A stretch of DNA of 60,505 bases, counting the filler, from Globobulimina sp. (Eukaryota), in NCBI GenBank assembly GCA_003354225.1. It is 11 parts of 11 records of this genome, joined end to end, with 100 filler letters (N's around TTAATTAATTAA, not from the genome) between each part and the next. Parts side by side here need not be neighbours in the genome. Positions count along the whole stretch, not along the records: positions 22,056 to 27,465 come from PIVH01000588.1; positions 27,566 to 32,975 come from PIVH01000589.1; positions 33,076 to 38,484 come from PIVH01000590.1; 8 more parts are not named here. One strand, given 5' to 3'. Positions 22,659-35,441 of the stretch are shown piece by piece. The position numbers and the translations under genes are program-made. Under the pieces are notes generated by a model. The model saw only the letters and a list, made by a program, of their open reading frames with translations, was not told the origin of the DNA and made no database searches. The stretch's first letter is position 1. The number at the start of each line of letters is the position of its first letter.

Positions 22659-25054
22659 ATGGCTTCACAACAAAGCGCTGGAGATGAGGATAAAAAAGAT
22701 AATGCACCAGAACCAGCAGACGAAAAAGAAGAAAAACACGCAGGTGTCGGAGATGGTGGTGGTATAGTAACCCGCCGTGAGATACGTTCATTGTCCCCCG
22801 ACGAACAGAACCGATTTTTTGATGCAATTGATACAATGATGAAGGCCAAATCAGGTCCAGGCACCTCAGAGTTTTATCGCTGCGCTTCGTACCATGGACA
22901 ACCACCACCCATATATTGCGAACATGGCAGAGAAACATTTCCCGGATGGCATAGAATTTATATGTATGACTTTGAACAAGCGATACAAACCGCTGATAAA
23001 GAAAATGGAAACGATGGCAAAATTGCATTACCATACTGGTATACACATATATTTCGGCAGTTTTTCTGCAAATTGTTGCTCAAACTTATACACAGGGATT
23101 ACAACACCAATCCGCAAGATGGCATTCCCAGCATAATACGCCAGAGATTCGCCAATTGGCCCGATGATTTTTGGCCAGATTCCATGAAAAATCTCGGGCG
23201 AACTCAAAAATTACAGCGTGCGCCGGATGGCCAAGTGACTGCACAGTTGCGTGCCTACGATGTGAGCCGTGAGTGTAATGACTGTTTATTAGCGACGCAG
23301 CATTGGGCGCATGCCTCGACTCGTTTCGGTGGCTCGTATCCATCGATCGAGACGCCGCATAACAGTGTGCATGTAATAGCGGGCGGTGCCGGCGGACAAA
23401 TGAGCTCTGTGGCGTGGGCCGCGTACGATATCGTATTCTTCCTCCATCACTGTAATGTGGACCGTATTTATGAGCGGTATTTGGGATTAGAGCCAGATTC
23501 GTTTGTGGAATTTCGCAATTTCCAGGACACGCAACGGGTGGATATGTTTGATCGAACGTTTGAGCCCTTTCGTAAAGCGAATGGGGACAAATATTCACCG
23601 CATGACACGTTTAAGACTGAGCCGCTTGGATACAAATATGATAAGTTACCGTCTGTACCACAGCAACAATTGCGAGAGGCGCCGACCTTTTGCTTGTGGC
23701 CTCAGGTCAAAGTCTCTGAGTTTGAGTCGAAATGTTATCAAATTCATGTATGGATTGTGGATACAGAGAAGGAAGATGAATTTAAGGTATTTTTTTACAA
23801 TGAAATAAATATAAAAGGATAGGTTGCATATTTTTTGTTGCTGTCCAGGCACCGCAAAGACTGGAAGACATTGACTATGATTCACCAAATTATGCGGGTG
23901 GCGCAGGAATATTTGGGCGTGGTATGGAATGTGAAAATTGTGTGAACCGACCACCGCAAGATATTGCCGTTGATATTACGCAGGCTTTGCGTGATTTGGG
24001 TGTTAATCGGTACGGCGCCGCTGCCATTTGTAAGGTGCTGGAAACCACTGAGAATAGTACGGTTTTGCAAGCGGTGGGTGATACGCCTTTGGGCGACCCC
24101 ATTATAACTGGCCCATTGTTCGTGAATTGTGGTGGTGCTGAGTTGTTGGATGAGGATGACAAGAAAACAAACAATACGTCGGAAGTGGAAGCGTTGCAGC
24201 GATATCTACAAAAGTTTGGTTATTATGGGCCTGAACAAAAAATCGATGGCGATTATGGTCCTTTTACGTGTCAAGCGGTGAAAGATTATCAGACAGCCAC
24301 TGGTACTCTGAAAGTGGACGGCATTGCTGGGCCCAAAACGAGACAGTCCATAATTAATAGCAAACGATGTGATAACATTGGTATGTCTCTCCCCTTTCAT
24401 GTCAGTTAAAACTACAGGTTTCAGCTCGGAATTTGTATTAAGTGCATACTGCGGATAACTGTCAAGTGTTTCCGTGAATAATACATAGACCCGTTTGCGA
24501 AGAATGATGTCGTGGATAAATCCGTAGATTTTGCCAGTTGCAAATATGCGACTGAAAAGGAGATAAAATATTTTATCGCACCGCAACCAGGTTATTTGCA
24601 GCGAGATGGCGTGGAAGCAGTGATAGCAAAATCATGCGCTGAATATGAGAATAATTCTTCGTTGACATTTAAAAGCGTGGAAGAAGAGAAAGAATGTGAT
24701 ATAAAGTTTTCGTGGGTCATGTTTAACAAAGAAGAGGATCCATTACGCTATGATGGCTCCGGTGGCGTGTTAGGACGTGGTGGCAATGGCTTTGTTGAGT
24801 TTGATTTGGCGGAGAGATGGGCCCTTGGTTTGGGTGGCGATGAGGAGGCATTGTCGGATTTATTTGACCGGGAAACATGGCGTAGAGGGCAGCCGACCAT
24901 ATCTTTGTATTATACTGCTTTGCATGAATTGGGTCATGCTCTCGGATTGGTTCATAGTGCGGAGGCCGGCGATGTGATGAGTCCATGGTATGATCCCTCA
25001 CAAACGGCGTTATCTAAAAATGATGTTGAAAGTATTCAAAACATTGTTGGTTGA
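22659..25054 (+). CDS. Tyrosinase + PG-binding-like prodomain + matrixin (M10) metalloprotease fusion, 4 exons
   Basis: CuA YHG...CEHGRETFPGWHR; LPYWDY after splicing; CuB ETPHNSVH...FFLHHCNVDR; CENC; LQKFGYY...VDGIAGPKT; KRCD; HELGHALGLVH; VMSPWY; introns 23039-23095, 23787-23848, 24381-24488. Confidence 0.88.
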
Positions 25055-26015
25055 CAGCAATGACGGTATAATGATATATTATTAAAGTCAAAAGTTTTTT
25101 TTTGTTTTAGCTTTCTTTTATGACTTTTGTATGGAAAATAAATGGTTTGTTTGACATTTTCCCTAAGCTTATAATCTATGGTATTTTGTTTTGTATAAAT
25201 TAAATTTATAAACTTGTATTCTATTTTTATAATTATCGTTGCTTTGGTCTTAATTTAATCACATTTGCGTTAATTTTATTTCTTCCCATAACGGTTGCTG
25301 GTTTGTTAAAGGGAAAGATTCTGTATTCCAGGCAGGTTTATATTTTGAAACAAATGAATGCATAATTAAGATCTCTGCATTTTTTTAAGCACTGGTTTTT
25401 GATTGAATATTATTAAACATAAAAACAATTCAATAAACGATATGAATTAATATGAATTAAGCAATGATATAAAAATATAAATTACACAATGCATCAAATA
25501 AATTTAACAATCCGCAATGAAAATGAGTTAAAACTAAAAAATATTATACGATATCAATCATTCCGATCACAATATATATGGTCACACAAATAAGCGCGGG
25601 CAGATGTGCTATATTCCAAAACACACTCTCCCCAAAGCCATCGATAGATGCATCACAATGGGTATTAATCAAAAACGTCAGGGTTATGTTTATTTTTTCA
25701 GCGTCAAATTAACATATTTCAATACCTTCATTTCAAACATTTTCTGGCGCTCAAAAAATAAACATATCCCATTATTCACTTTTTTTCATTAATAGAAAGT
25801 ATTTTTTCCCAATCAAATGAGAAAATACTTCCACTTTTTTTCTGACAAATCAACAAATTATTCGCATCATATTTTTCTATTGTTTCACTTCACTGCGTCA
25901 TGCATTTGTTGTGTGGTCAAAAAAAAATCCCGATAAACATTATAAATCCGACCAATATCATTCACGAAGTTACTGACACCAATATAATAAATCTAATTTT
26001 CTCAATGCGATATAA

Positions 26016-27458
26016 TTAATGATCAGATTCCTCATCCAATCTTTTATTTAAATTTGCACAAAAATTATCTGATTTTATCGGACTTTTTGGGTATTTTGGC
26101 AAAATACTTTTTCTTGGACTTGCCAATGAAACATAATTAAACGAACAATCACTTGTTTGCTCATCACCACTTTCTTCAAATTCTTCAAATTCATCATCAG
26201 CAAAATCAGCAATGAATTGCATGAATGATTTAATTGATCTCGATGTGTTATAACGCGCTTTGGTTTGTGCGCGAACACATTCTTTTTTTTCATCATCCTC
26301 ACTGTCATTCTTTTTATTGACTTGCATCATTCTCATTTTCTTGTTTGTTTTATCTAATTCATCAAAGAAATTTACCATTGACTCTGAAAAATGTTGATTT
26401 GTTTGATTTGGTTCCATATTTCTTGTTGAATCTAATACTTTTTTCCGAGGCTGTTGTTGATGTATCATCGGATTATCTCGTTTTGCTGTTTCTTTTTTAT
26501 TTATGGTATGCTGCAAAGCTGCAAAATTGGTATGATTCGCACGATTATGTTTATTATGATCGTTATCATATTTTTCAATGGCTTTTTGTTTGTTTATTTC
26601 ATGATATTTTGTTGGCCGCGCTTTTGGAATATTGGGTCGAATGCGTGGGTCCAATTTATTTTGTGCCATAAAATCTGACTTTGGTTTCGCAATATTTCTC
26701 GTTTCCGTTTCCGTTTCCATTTTGTTTTCCGTGTTAACTAAGTCATCATTCTTATTACGGCTCAACCAGTCAAGAACACGCTTATTATTATTATTATTAT
26801 TTGGTGCTGGTAGTCTTTGAATGGCATCAAATGTAATTCCGTGTTTATTGATTGTATTTAATTGATTATGATGATTATAATTATTATTTTTTATTTCTTC
26901 CTTTATCAACTTATTAACATACGAAGCAAGACATGCATCGTCAAATTTTATTGCTGTGAAATTATTATTATATATATTATTTTTCTCAGATTCGTTGATT
27001 TTATTTGTCTTATTATTATTACTGTTGATATTATTGAGTGCTATTATATTGTTTAAATGTGGGTGTGTTTGAATTTGTTTTTCTTCCAAATATTTGTCAA
27101 AATCTGTATTATTAATTGATGGCACATAAAAAATGTAAGTAAGATAAATCCGTAAACAATATAAATATAATATGATTTTGATACCTTCTAAATCTGAATT
27201 AAAGTCATCTGAATCGACCAGATCGATATACGTACTGCACGTTTCCTGAATTTCTAGATTGATATCGATTGCGTTTGTTTTATTAACATTGTCCAATTTC
27301 TCGGAATTCGGAATGACTGTAAGGTTATTATCCATATTACATTTATTATTCTTATTATCATTGCAGTGCATAATCCAGTGATCACCACACAATTTGCAAA
27401 TATGACAATGGTAATTTGGTGGAGGACGGGATGCAGATTCTTTGGCAGTGATTCCCAT
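26016..27458 (-). CDS. Zinc-knuckle protein with Asn-rich low-complexity region, probably 5' truncated
   Basis: PPPNYHCHICKLCGDHWIMHC knuckle; probable in-frame intron at about 27105-27184. Confidence 0.65.
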   Translation of the reverse strand: MGITAKESASRPPPNYHCHICKLCGDHWIMHCNDNKNNKCNMDNNLTVIPNSEKLDNVNKTNAIDINLEIQETCSTYIDLVDSDDFNSDLEGIKIILYLYCLRIYLTYIFYVPSINNTDFDKYLEEKQIQTHPHLNNIIALNNINSNNNKTNKINESEKNNIYNNNFTAIKFDDACLASYVNKLIKEEIKNNNYNHHNQLNTINKHGITFDAIQRLPAPNNNNNNKRVLDWLSRNKNDDLVNTENKMETETETRNIAKPKSDFMAQNKLDPRIRPNIPKARPTKYHEINKQKAIEKYDNDHNKHNRANHTNFAALQHTINKKETAKRDNPMIHQQQPRKKVLDSTRNMEPNQTNQHFSESMVNFFDELDKTNKKMRMMQVNKKNDSEDDEKKECVRAQTKARYNTSRSIKSFMQFIADFADDEFEEFEESGDEQTSDCSFNYVSLASPRKSILPKYPKSPIKSDNFCANLNKRLDEESDH

Positions 27459-27565
27459 AATGAAANNNNNNNNNNNNNNNNNNNNNNNNNNNNNNNNNNN
27501 NNNNNNNNNTTAATTAATTAANNNNNNNNNNNNNNNNNNNNNNNNNNNNNNNNNNNNNNNNNNNN

Positions 27566-28397
27566 TATTGTATATTATACAGATTATAGAACGGTACCTT
27601 TTATTATAACAATTTTCAGAATGATAACTTGCAGAGATTGATGCCAATAAAATAGACAATGAAAAAACTAAAACATTATCAAATCCAAACGATGCCCATA
27701 CCAAAAATCTGTTTTTTTTTGTACCACAGCACAATTTTAACACAGAATGCTGCCATTTTAGATATTTGCAAAAACGCCTTTTATGTCCATCAGCATCAAT
27801 GATATCAATAAATTTATTAATGCAGCCATAATTACTTTCATTTTCCTCTTTTACTTTGCATTTGAATGCAAAAAACCATAATGGTATAACGCACAGAAAT
27901 AAAAATAGCGCTAAAAAAATATACACAACTTCCTCATGTTTTTGTAATGGGTTCTCAACTGCGCCGGATTCATCTGTTTGACAACCAGTAGTTCTTGTTC
28001 CTGCAGCTGATGCTCCATCACCTGTTGTTGTGACACAATGGCAACATTCACATGTTACTGTTGTGTATCCATTATAGTTTTTAGAGTTGGTTGTTATTTG
28101 TGAACATGATGGATAATTAGTTGCACATTGCTCCGCACAATCAAAATAATAGGAATCATAGTCCATAACATTACATGTTGACGAAGGTGTTGGTGGTGTT
28201 GTAGTTGTTGTACAACTCTCTTCGTCACTGCCATCGTCACAATCATCATATTCATCACATTGAAAAGATTCAGGTATACATTCGCCATTGGAACATGTAA
28301 ATTGATCCCAAGAACATTGTGTGTATGTTGATTCAAATTGCGCGTTGTTTGATATGAGGTGATTGAATAAAATAATTACGACGAGAAACACTGCCAT
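27566..28397 (-). CDS. Membrane protein with an LDL-receptor class A domain, 3' truncated
   Basis: Signal peptide; CSWDQFTCSNGECIPESFQCDEYDDCDDGSDEESC; TM segments. Confidence 0.85.
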
Positions 28398-28590
28398 TTA
28401 ATAATATTGCAGTACCTCTGAGCAAAATATGTAATCTCTAAATGTTCACCCACTTGCTGTTGTTTTCCCCGTGGGGTTATCTTTTTAATAGTTTAAATAA
28501 GTCATGACAACATGTTCGAAATGCAAGATGGTACAAATATATGTTTCTTCTTTTTGATGAATGTATTTGTAATTTCTGTTATTAACTAAG

Positions 28591-30201
28591 ATGCAATGGA
28601 AACACAGAGAGTGTTGTTGTCACACTATGAGTGATACAGTTGAGTGGTTTGTAATTATTGTACTAATATTATTGTCGATATTTTGCGAGTTTTCATCAAT
28701 TGTTTATGATGAATCAACCAATAAGAATGCTTATATTGCAACAAATAACTCATTATATTCATATCCGAATATACAATCATCACTAAATTTAATCAAAGTG
28801 TATACAATTACATTGTTCCCAGTATATTTTTGTTGTTTTTTTAATATTTTTTTATTGAAAATAACAACATATTACCAATATGAAAAAGAATTGTCCAATT
28901 TACGAGATATCGAAATACATAAAAATAGAAATAATGAAGCAAATGAATTACGACTAATTGATTCATTATTTAACAATAAATATTCATTTATAGCGGTTTT
29001 ATCACATTTCATATCATTAACAAAATCAATATTATTCGCATTGGGTTTATGTCATTTAATTACATTTATTTTAAATACATATATTATTTCGCCACTGCCA
29101 TGTTATTACAATACAACTAAAACTAATAAAAATATCCATTCTTTTCCATCCAAATATGCCTCAGATTCAATGGCAACAAATTGCTTATTATTTATATGTA
29201 CGATACACTCATTTATAAGCTTACAACATAAATATTTACAACATAGATTTTCTGATTATAGTTCTAAATCATTCAGTTCATCATCAATAAATAATCATTG
29301 TTTAAATGGTAATATGTATTTTGGTGGTAATGTATGGTATTTTTTACGTGACGTTAAAACCTTATCTTGTCTCATTATAATAACACCGTTAATGCCATCA
29401 TTGTATATTGGTATGCTGCAAATTACGGAATACAAACATTTTATTATTGATGTTGTCTGTGGATATATCATCGGCATTTTTTGTGCATCTCTGTCATTTT
29501 GTACATTTAAACACGAATTATTATATGAAACGAGTATAATGTCTGTATCAGAAATGTTGAAAATATGTATCCAAACCAAAAACGCTGACATTATTACACC
29601 ACCAATCAAAGCATTTAATTTCTCCAAAAAAAAGAAAAAATATCCACAAAATATAATAACAGATGGTGGCAATTACAAAACAGGTTCATTTCCGATGATA
29701 TTTGGTATGAATAATAATGATTTTCATTTGAATGAGTTGGAAGAAATTGCATTGCAAATTGGTTCAAATTTTGCTAAATATCACCACATTGGATTGGGGA
29801 ATAAAACACCTATTTTAACCGATGATGATGGCATTGAAATTGATGAAATTGATGAATTTGAAGAAGGAGAATCTGACGAAGACACAATGTCAGAAACAAT
29901 TACCATTGACAATGAGAATGAAAATGAGAATAATAATGATATTAAAATACGAAATTCTGTGAATCAAAGAAAGGAAAAATTATTACACCAACATAGGAAA
30001 AATATTAAATTAACATTGGCGCCACCAATGTCACAACAAAGCAGCAGATTAAGCCCATCATTGGAGAGGAAAAATAAGAATGATTTATTGCCATTTAAAA
30101 CAAATATAAAAAGTATTGCTACGACCTGTACCACTACCATATCACCGTTGAGTTCACCACAAAGTGTGACAAGCCCAAGTTATAATGTCTACGGGGATTA
30201 A
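28591..30201 (+). CDS. PAP2/lipid-phosphate-phosphatase-related membrane protein, catalytically degenerate
   Basis: HSFPSKYAS (cf. SFPSGHSS); QITEYKHFIIDVVCGYIIG (cf. SRxxDYxHxxxDVxxG); about six TM helices; long Ser/acidic tail. Confidence 0.65.
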   Translation: MQWKHRECCCHTMSDTVEWFVIIVLILLSIFCEFSSIVYDESTNKNAYIATNNSLYSYPNIQSSLNLIKVYTITLFPVYFCCFFNIFLLKITTYYQYEKELSNLRDIEIHKNRNNEANELRLIDSLFNNKYSFIAVLSHFISLTKSILFALGLCHLITFILNTYIISPLPCYYNTTKTNKNIHSFPSKYASDSMATNCLLFICTIHSFISLQHKYLQHRFSDYSSKSFSSSSINNHCLNGNMYFGGNVWYFLRDVKTLSCLIIITPLMPSLYIGMLQITEYKHFIIDVVCGYIIGIFCASLSFCTFKHELLYETSIMSVSEMLKICIQTKNADIITPPIKAFNFSKKKKKYPQNIITDGGNYKTGSFPMIFGMNNNDFHLNELEEIALQIGSNFAKYHHIGLGNKTPILTDDDGIEIDEIDEFEEGESDEDTMSETITIDNENENENNNDIKIRNSVNQRKEKLLHQHRKNIKLTLAPPMSQQSSRLSPSLERKNKNDLLPFKTNIKSIATTCTTTISPLSSPQSVTSPSYNVYGD

Positions 30202-30610
30202 ATTAAAATTATTGAATATTGTTTCTGTTTCTGTGTTTGCTTTGTTGTTAATTTGCATATATATATCTGATGTATTGTGTAAATACTTTTGTTTCTTTTA
30301 CTTTTTTATTTTATTTTATTTGCATGTCTTTCGTTTTGGGAAAGTTTTTTTTTAATTTTTTAATATGTGATTCTTTTAGATTTGATATTTTACTTTCATA
30401 GTTTTATTTTATTTCACTAAATTAATGAGCTCGATTCAAGATAACTCAAAAGATACATTGTGCGAGGATACCTTACATAAACCCTGCTCTGTTAATGTGT
30501 TATACGTAATATAATATTATGAAAAAAAGAATTAATTTAATAAGAAAGTATATAATTACGAAAGAAGGATCATAAATTATGCGAGATCGAATGAGACATT
30601 AACACTGACA

Positions 30611-32876
30611 TTATTCCAGTAAAGGAGTCTGTTGATTGGCATGCGGATTGGGAGTGACTGGCGCATTCCATTGAATAACGGGTATCGAACTATTACTGAT
30701 AGTATCCAATGGTTGCTGTGGTACAGGTTCCTCATGAAAATCGCCATACATTATCTCTAGACTCACATTGCTTGTCATGAAGGACTGCTCCGTCTCCGTC
30801 TTCTCCTCTTCAATGTCGTCGCCCTCGTCCACAAAGCTCAATTTTATCAAATCATCCTGGCCGCCATCGAGTACATTGCCCACCACAAACGACACCCTCC
30901 TCCGATTAGTCCTGACATCCGCAGATGTGATGCGCGATAAATAGCTCACCGCCGGAGGAGACTCATCCATTTTAGTCGAGCTCTCAGCAATGTCGTTTTT
31001 ATTGTTATTGGAAGTTGCTTTCAAAAAAGGGAACCTCGAGTACGACAATGCCATTCTCGACTGTCTGTACGCTTCGTTCCGAACATATTCAACTGACAAA
31101 CGTTTCTTATTCGCTTTCCGTCGCTGTACACCGTCCCCTCTGCTCGCAGTCACACTGACACTCATATCATCCTTTTGTTTGATACCTTTTCATAGACACA
31201 AATTGATTCGAATGTGATTTAATTGATTCGAATGTGACACAAATTGATATTAACATACCGGGTAACCATCGCATGATAACTACCTTGGCATCGTCGTCCT
31301 GTAAGGCTACTTTTAATGCATTGCGAATAAAACGAGTACGTTTTCCTAACTGTCGTTTGCTTGCAATATGCAATTGTTTGGTGGGGAGTAAATGTAAGTT
31401 ATTGTCTTTCACGTAAAATATGTCCTGAACATATGGCGAATGATGCGAGTAATTATCCTGCGGCTCATTGAAAGCGCGAAAGTCAATGATTTCCAATTTC
31501 AATTTGTATAAAGCTTTTAGTAAACGGTTCTGGTGCCCCCATTTACCATAAGTCTTCGTATGAATACCTACAAATACAACACAATAAATATTCAGATGTT
31601 GATTTGAAAAAAAAAAAAAATGTAAACACATTCAACACATTTGGATCAGATTCGGTATACACAAATTTGATAATAGTGTTTCGTGGAAACATACAGTAAT
31701 AAACATGATGCAAATACGGCGAAGTGGGCGACTGCGCAGTCGGTGTAATCATGTAACTGGTCCCTGGACTTTCGCTCACGGTGTGAATCTCCGAAATGAT
31801 ATGACTCGAACGCATGGTGGCTTTCCTGGTGCGCTGTACATAAACCTGTCTATGTTTGGAGCCCATTTTGAGTGTCATTGTGAGCAATGACGGCGAGAGC
31901 ATCACCGAAAATAAAACTGCCATCAATACCGACGTCATCGTGTCTTCGTCCATCAAGCCTGAAGCATACGACGTTGACGTCAAAATAAAGGCAAATTCAC
32001 ACCACGTGCCCATGGAAAACGAAATCGTGGCAAATTCGACAATTTTAATTGGTTTGCTCGTCGCAAAAAAGCCAGTCGCATATTTGCCAATGATGCATAC
32101 GAAATAAATGAGCGCATTGATCACCACATTGGGATTGGTGAAGAAGTCCCGGATCGGTATTTCAAAGCCAATGGTGCAGGAGAAGAAGATGCGTAATATC
32201 CAATGCATAATCCGCTTCATCTGTTTCTCCCAAACATGGTGTATAGTGTGGTCAGTGCAGAACATTAAGCCAGCCAAGAATGCGCCTAATAAATAGGAGG
32301 ACTTTGCATAATAACAAGCGGGGACAAGCAGTAAAATTGAAGAAAATAACAACATCAATATGCCATATTCATGGTATTTAATGTCGATTTTGTCCATAAT
32401 GTATTTGATTGCAGAGGGTGAGATTCGTATTGCTACGAAACCGAATATTATTATTAAAGCTGGCGAGACGATGAAACACATAATGATGTCGAATATGGAG
32501 GGGTCGGAGCCAGCTAATTCCTGTAATATGGATAGCAACATTAAGGCAATGACATCATCGAATACTGCAGCGGCAATAATGAGTTGTCCAGTGGGCGTGT
32601 TTAAGATACCGCCGGTACTCAATAAATTGAGTGCAATGCCGGTGGAGGTGGGCGCGAAACAGGCACCAATTGCTACGGCATGGAGGGGGTTGAATGCATT
32701 GACTCCGACGATTAGGAAAGTTAAAAATGTGCCAATTAATAAAGGAAGCATGGAGCCAAAGATTGCTATCATTAAACCACGCGTACCGACTACTTTTAAT
32801 ACGCCCATATTGACACCAATGCCGGCTTCGACCACTAAGAGGATTAAGGCTATGTCGCCAATCACCATCAAGGCGC
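30611..32876 (-). CDS. CPA2-type cation/H+ antiporter with cytoplasmic tail, 5' truncated, multi-exon
   Basis: LLVVEAG, APTSTGIA, AAAVFDDV, LLGAFLAGL, IFFSCTIGF, GKY; many TM helices. Confidence 0.85.
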
Positions 32877-33075
32877 TCGAACAAATAACTCCCGGTATCA
32901 GGTTGCGCATTGATCAGGCGGGGACCAATGCCCAAATCCGATACTCTTTGAACGCCCTCATGAACGGCTGTCTCGNNNNNNNNNNNNNNNNNNNNNNNNN
33001 NNNNNNNNNNNNNNNNNNNTTAATTAATTAANNNNNNNNNNNNNNNNNNNNNNNNNNNNNNNNNNNNNNNNNNNN

Positions 33076-33430
33076 ATTCGTCTGGAAACCATTCACATGT
33101 TTATAAGCAATAATTATGTGTTGCAGTCACCTGCGTGTATCCTAATACATTATCTGTTATATGTATCAATTGATCGCATTCATTGTCTGATAACAGATTT
33201 AATATTTGAAAGCCATCAATATGTTTGATTATGTTCAGTTGAATATTAGCAATGTTTTTATCAAACGAAATTACAGATTTATCAGTTCCCCACGTTGGTA
33301 ATTGTTTTGTGAAATGTCCTGGGTCATACCGGGCCACATAGAAATCATCCAAACTAAGTTTGGTCGATGAACTTAGGTATCTCAACATTTGTGATGGTTT
33401 TCTGAATAACATACTACGTAACGCAAGCAT
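33076..33430 (-). CDS. N-terminus of a probable 2OG-Fe(II) oxygenase with a mitochondrial-type presequence, truncated
   Basis: MLALRSMLFRKPSQMLRYLSS leader; GFQILNLLSDNECDQLI motif; catalytic region is off the contig. Confidence 0.5.
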
Positions 33431-33532
33431 GGTTGAGCAGTAGTTCCAAAAACCTAGTTTTCGCTATTTTAAAAAATTTAAATACACGCAAATAAATACC
33501 ACATTTACAAACATTAATTATCCATATCATTG

Positions 33533-35395
33533 TCAAGTGTCGCATGTTGATCCTAATTCAATTTCAACCAATTCCTGTTCTGTCTCTTCAAGTTCTACAT
33601 CAGCCACATCGATATCAAAAGAACTTACACCCCGCGAATATCCCTTTGTGTCCGCCGTATGATGACCCGTATCAATATCTGATATTATTGGATGACTCAC
33701 TCTCAGACAGTCATCTTCCAAACTCATAGTCCTTTCTGGATAACCAACGGTATTATCATGGTCAGAATCTTCATCACCAACTTCTATGCCTCTCCTTGTT
33801 TGGTTTAAGATAATATTCTGAGTCTCCCTCTCTTCTCTTCTACGTCTTTTACCACGATACAAAAATAGAGCAATGGCGCAAGTCACCACTAATATGGCCA
33901 AAGCTAAACCAATGCCTTTGAATATTTCTTTCGATTTAGATGTGCCATCATTCTGTCTTGGAACTGTAATATATTATTTGTGTTTTTATTATATATATAA
34001 TAAATATTTATTGAGACACTTACCTGAGTTGCAATGAGGCACACAATGTGGTGGCAAATCATATGAAGTGTAATCATAAGAGACTGTGGAACATGGATGA
34101 ATCCACGAATACTGCACCATGGCATCGGACATAGACTCACTGTCATAACTTACTAAATAAGTATTTGAATGTGGATTTAATGAAACAATTATTCCTGAAT
34201 AAAGTTTAGAAATTCCTTCGTGTGCCATTTCTGCTGGAAACCTAGCCAAAATATGATCGTTTTCATGACAGATACGAGTATCCACAATATAATCAATGCA
34301 AGTCTCCGATTCTAAATCAGTTAACATTTCATTGTCAGTGCAATAATCACTTGATGTATACTCATAAATTTCTCGTCCCATTCCATCCGAACATAATCCC
34401 AATGTTGGACACCAACCACATTGTATAGTTGAGCCCGGATCAGTTGCTAAAACTTGGCATTCTGTACAACTCGTTTGATCTGAATCAAATATATTATTTC
34501 CATCGGAAATTCAAAATATTAAAATAAAGAAAGAGTGTATTAATTGTGTTATACCTATACAAGTTTCTTTTGGTTTGAATACGATGGTCTCATGATTCAA
34601 TATATGAGATGCATTGATCTGAACTGGTGCGTATGGGTACAAATGGTACAATCCATCACTCGAATGTTTGTATGCTGCATCTTCTAAGCCAACCAGTACT
34701 GAATAATTTGTCTGCGAATACGACGGCACTTTAATGCTTTGCGGTGATTTGGGCACATTGAAATAATAAAAAAATATGGTTCCATCAGCTTTTAATTTCA
34801 TCTGGAAATCAAATTTGTATTCTAAAAGGGTGGAATTTGTCGGCTGCCATAAACTCACATTGTGCCATTGCACATTAATGGATTGCTCTGTGTCATCAAT
34901 ATAATAAATGACCTGCGACTCATTGTATTTCGAAGGGTTGAAATCAGCCATCATTGGTGCAATATATCTGCGATAACTGGAAGTTTCATACCACCAATTA
35001 CAAAATGACCAACATGAGACAGGATGTGTGGTAAGAAAACCATTCGGCGAAACTGAAATCCAATTATGGAGATGACCGTAAAATTTAAAATCCCAATCCA
35101 GATCAAAACGGATTTCCGGCACTGCAAAGATATTACCATTACAATAAATATATATAAAATAAAATGCAATAAAGTACGTACCATCATCAGTGTTGGATAG
35201 GTTTTGGTGAATAGTCGCATTTGGATTGTTTGTTAATTTAATCTCATCGAGTATGGTTTCGTTATTGTCGAAAAAAAATACATCGTAAAATTTATGGTTA
35301 AGATAATTAATATGATCTCCTGAATTCGGATCAAATGGCTGAACTGCTTTGTTTATATTGTTTAGCACACAAATTAGTAACCATTGGTGTAGCAT
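33533..35395 (-). CDS. Plexin domain-containing (PLXDC/TEM7-like) single-pass membrane protein, multi-exon
   Basis: Signal peptide; FKFYGH; YIAPMMADFNPS; FQMKLKADGTIFFYY; VGLEDA; PSI-like CTEC...CGWCPTLGLCSDG; TM followed by KRRRR. Confidence 0.75.
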
Positions 35396-35441
35396 CTTAG
35401 CTGAAAGAGTGAGTTTTAAAAAAAGTTTAGTTTAATACATC

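Noticed and set aside
32360-33031. Long antisense ORFs (also 281-820, 1624-2268, 20899-21453, 23086-23598, 52751-53353)
   Set aside because: These are shadows of well-supported genes on the opposite strand
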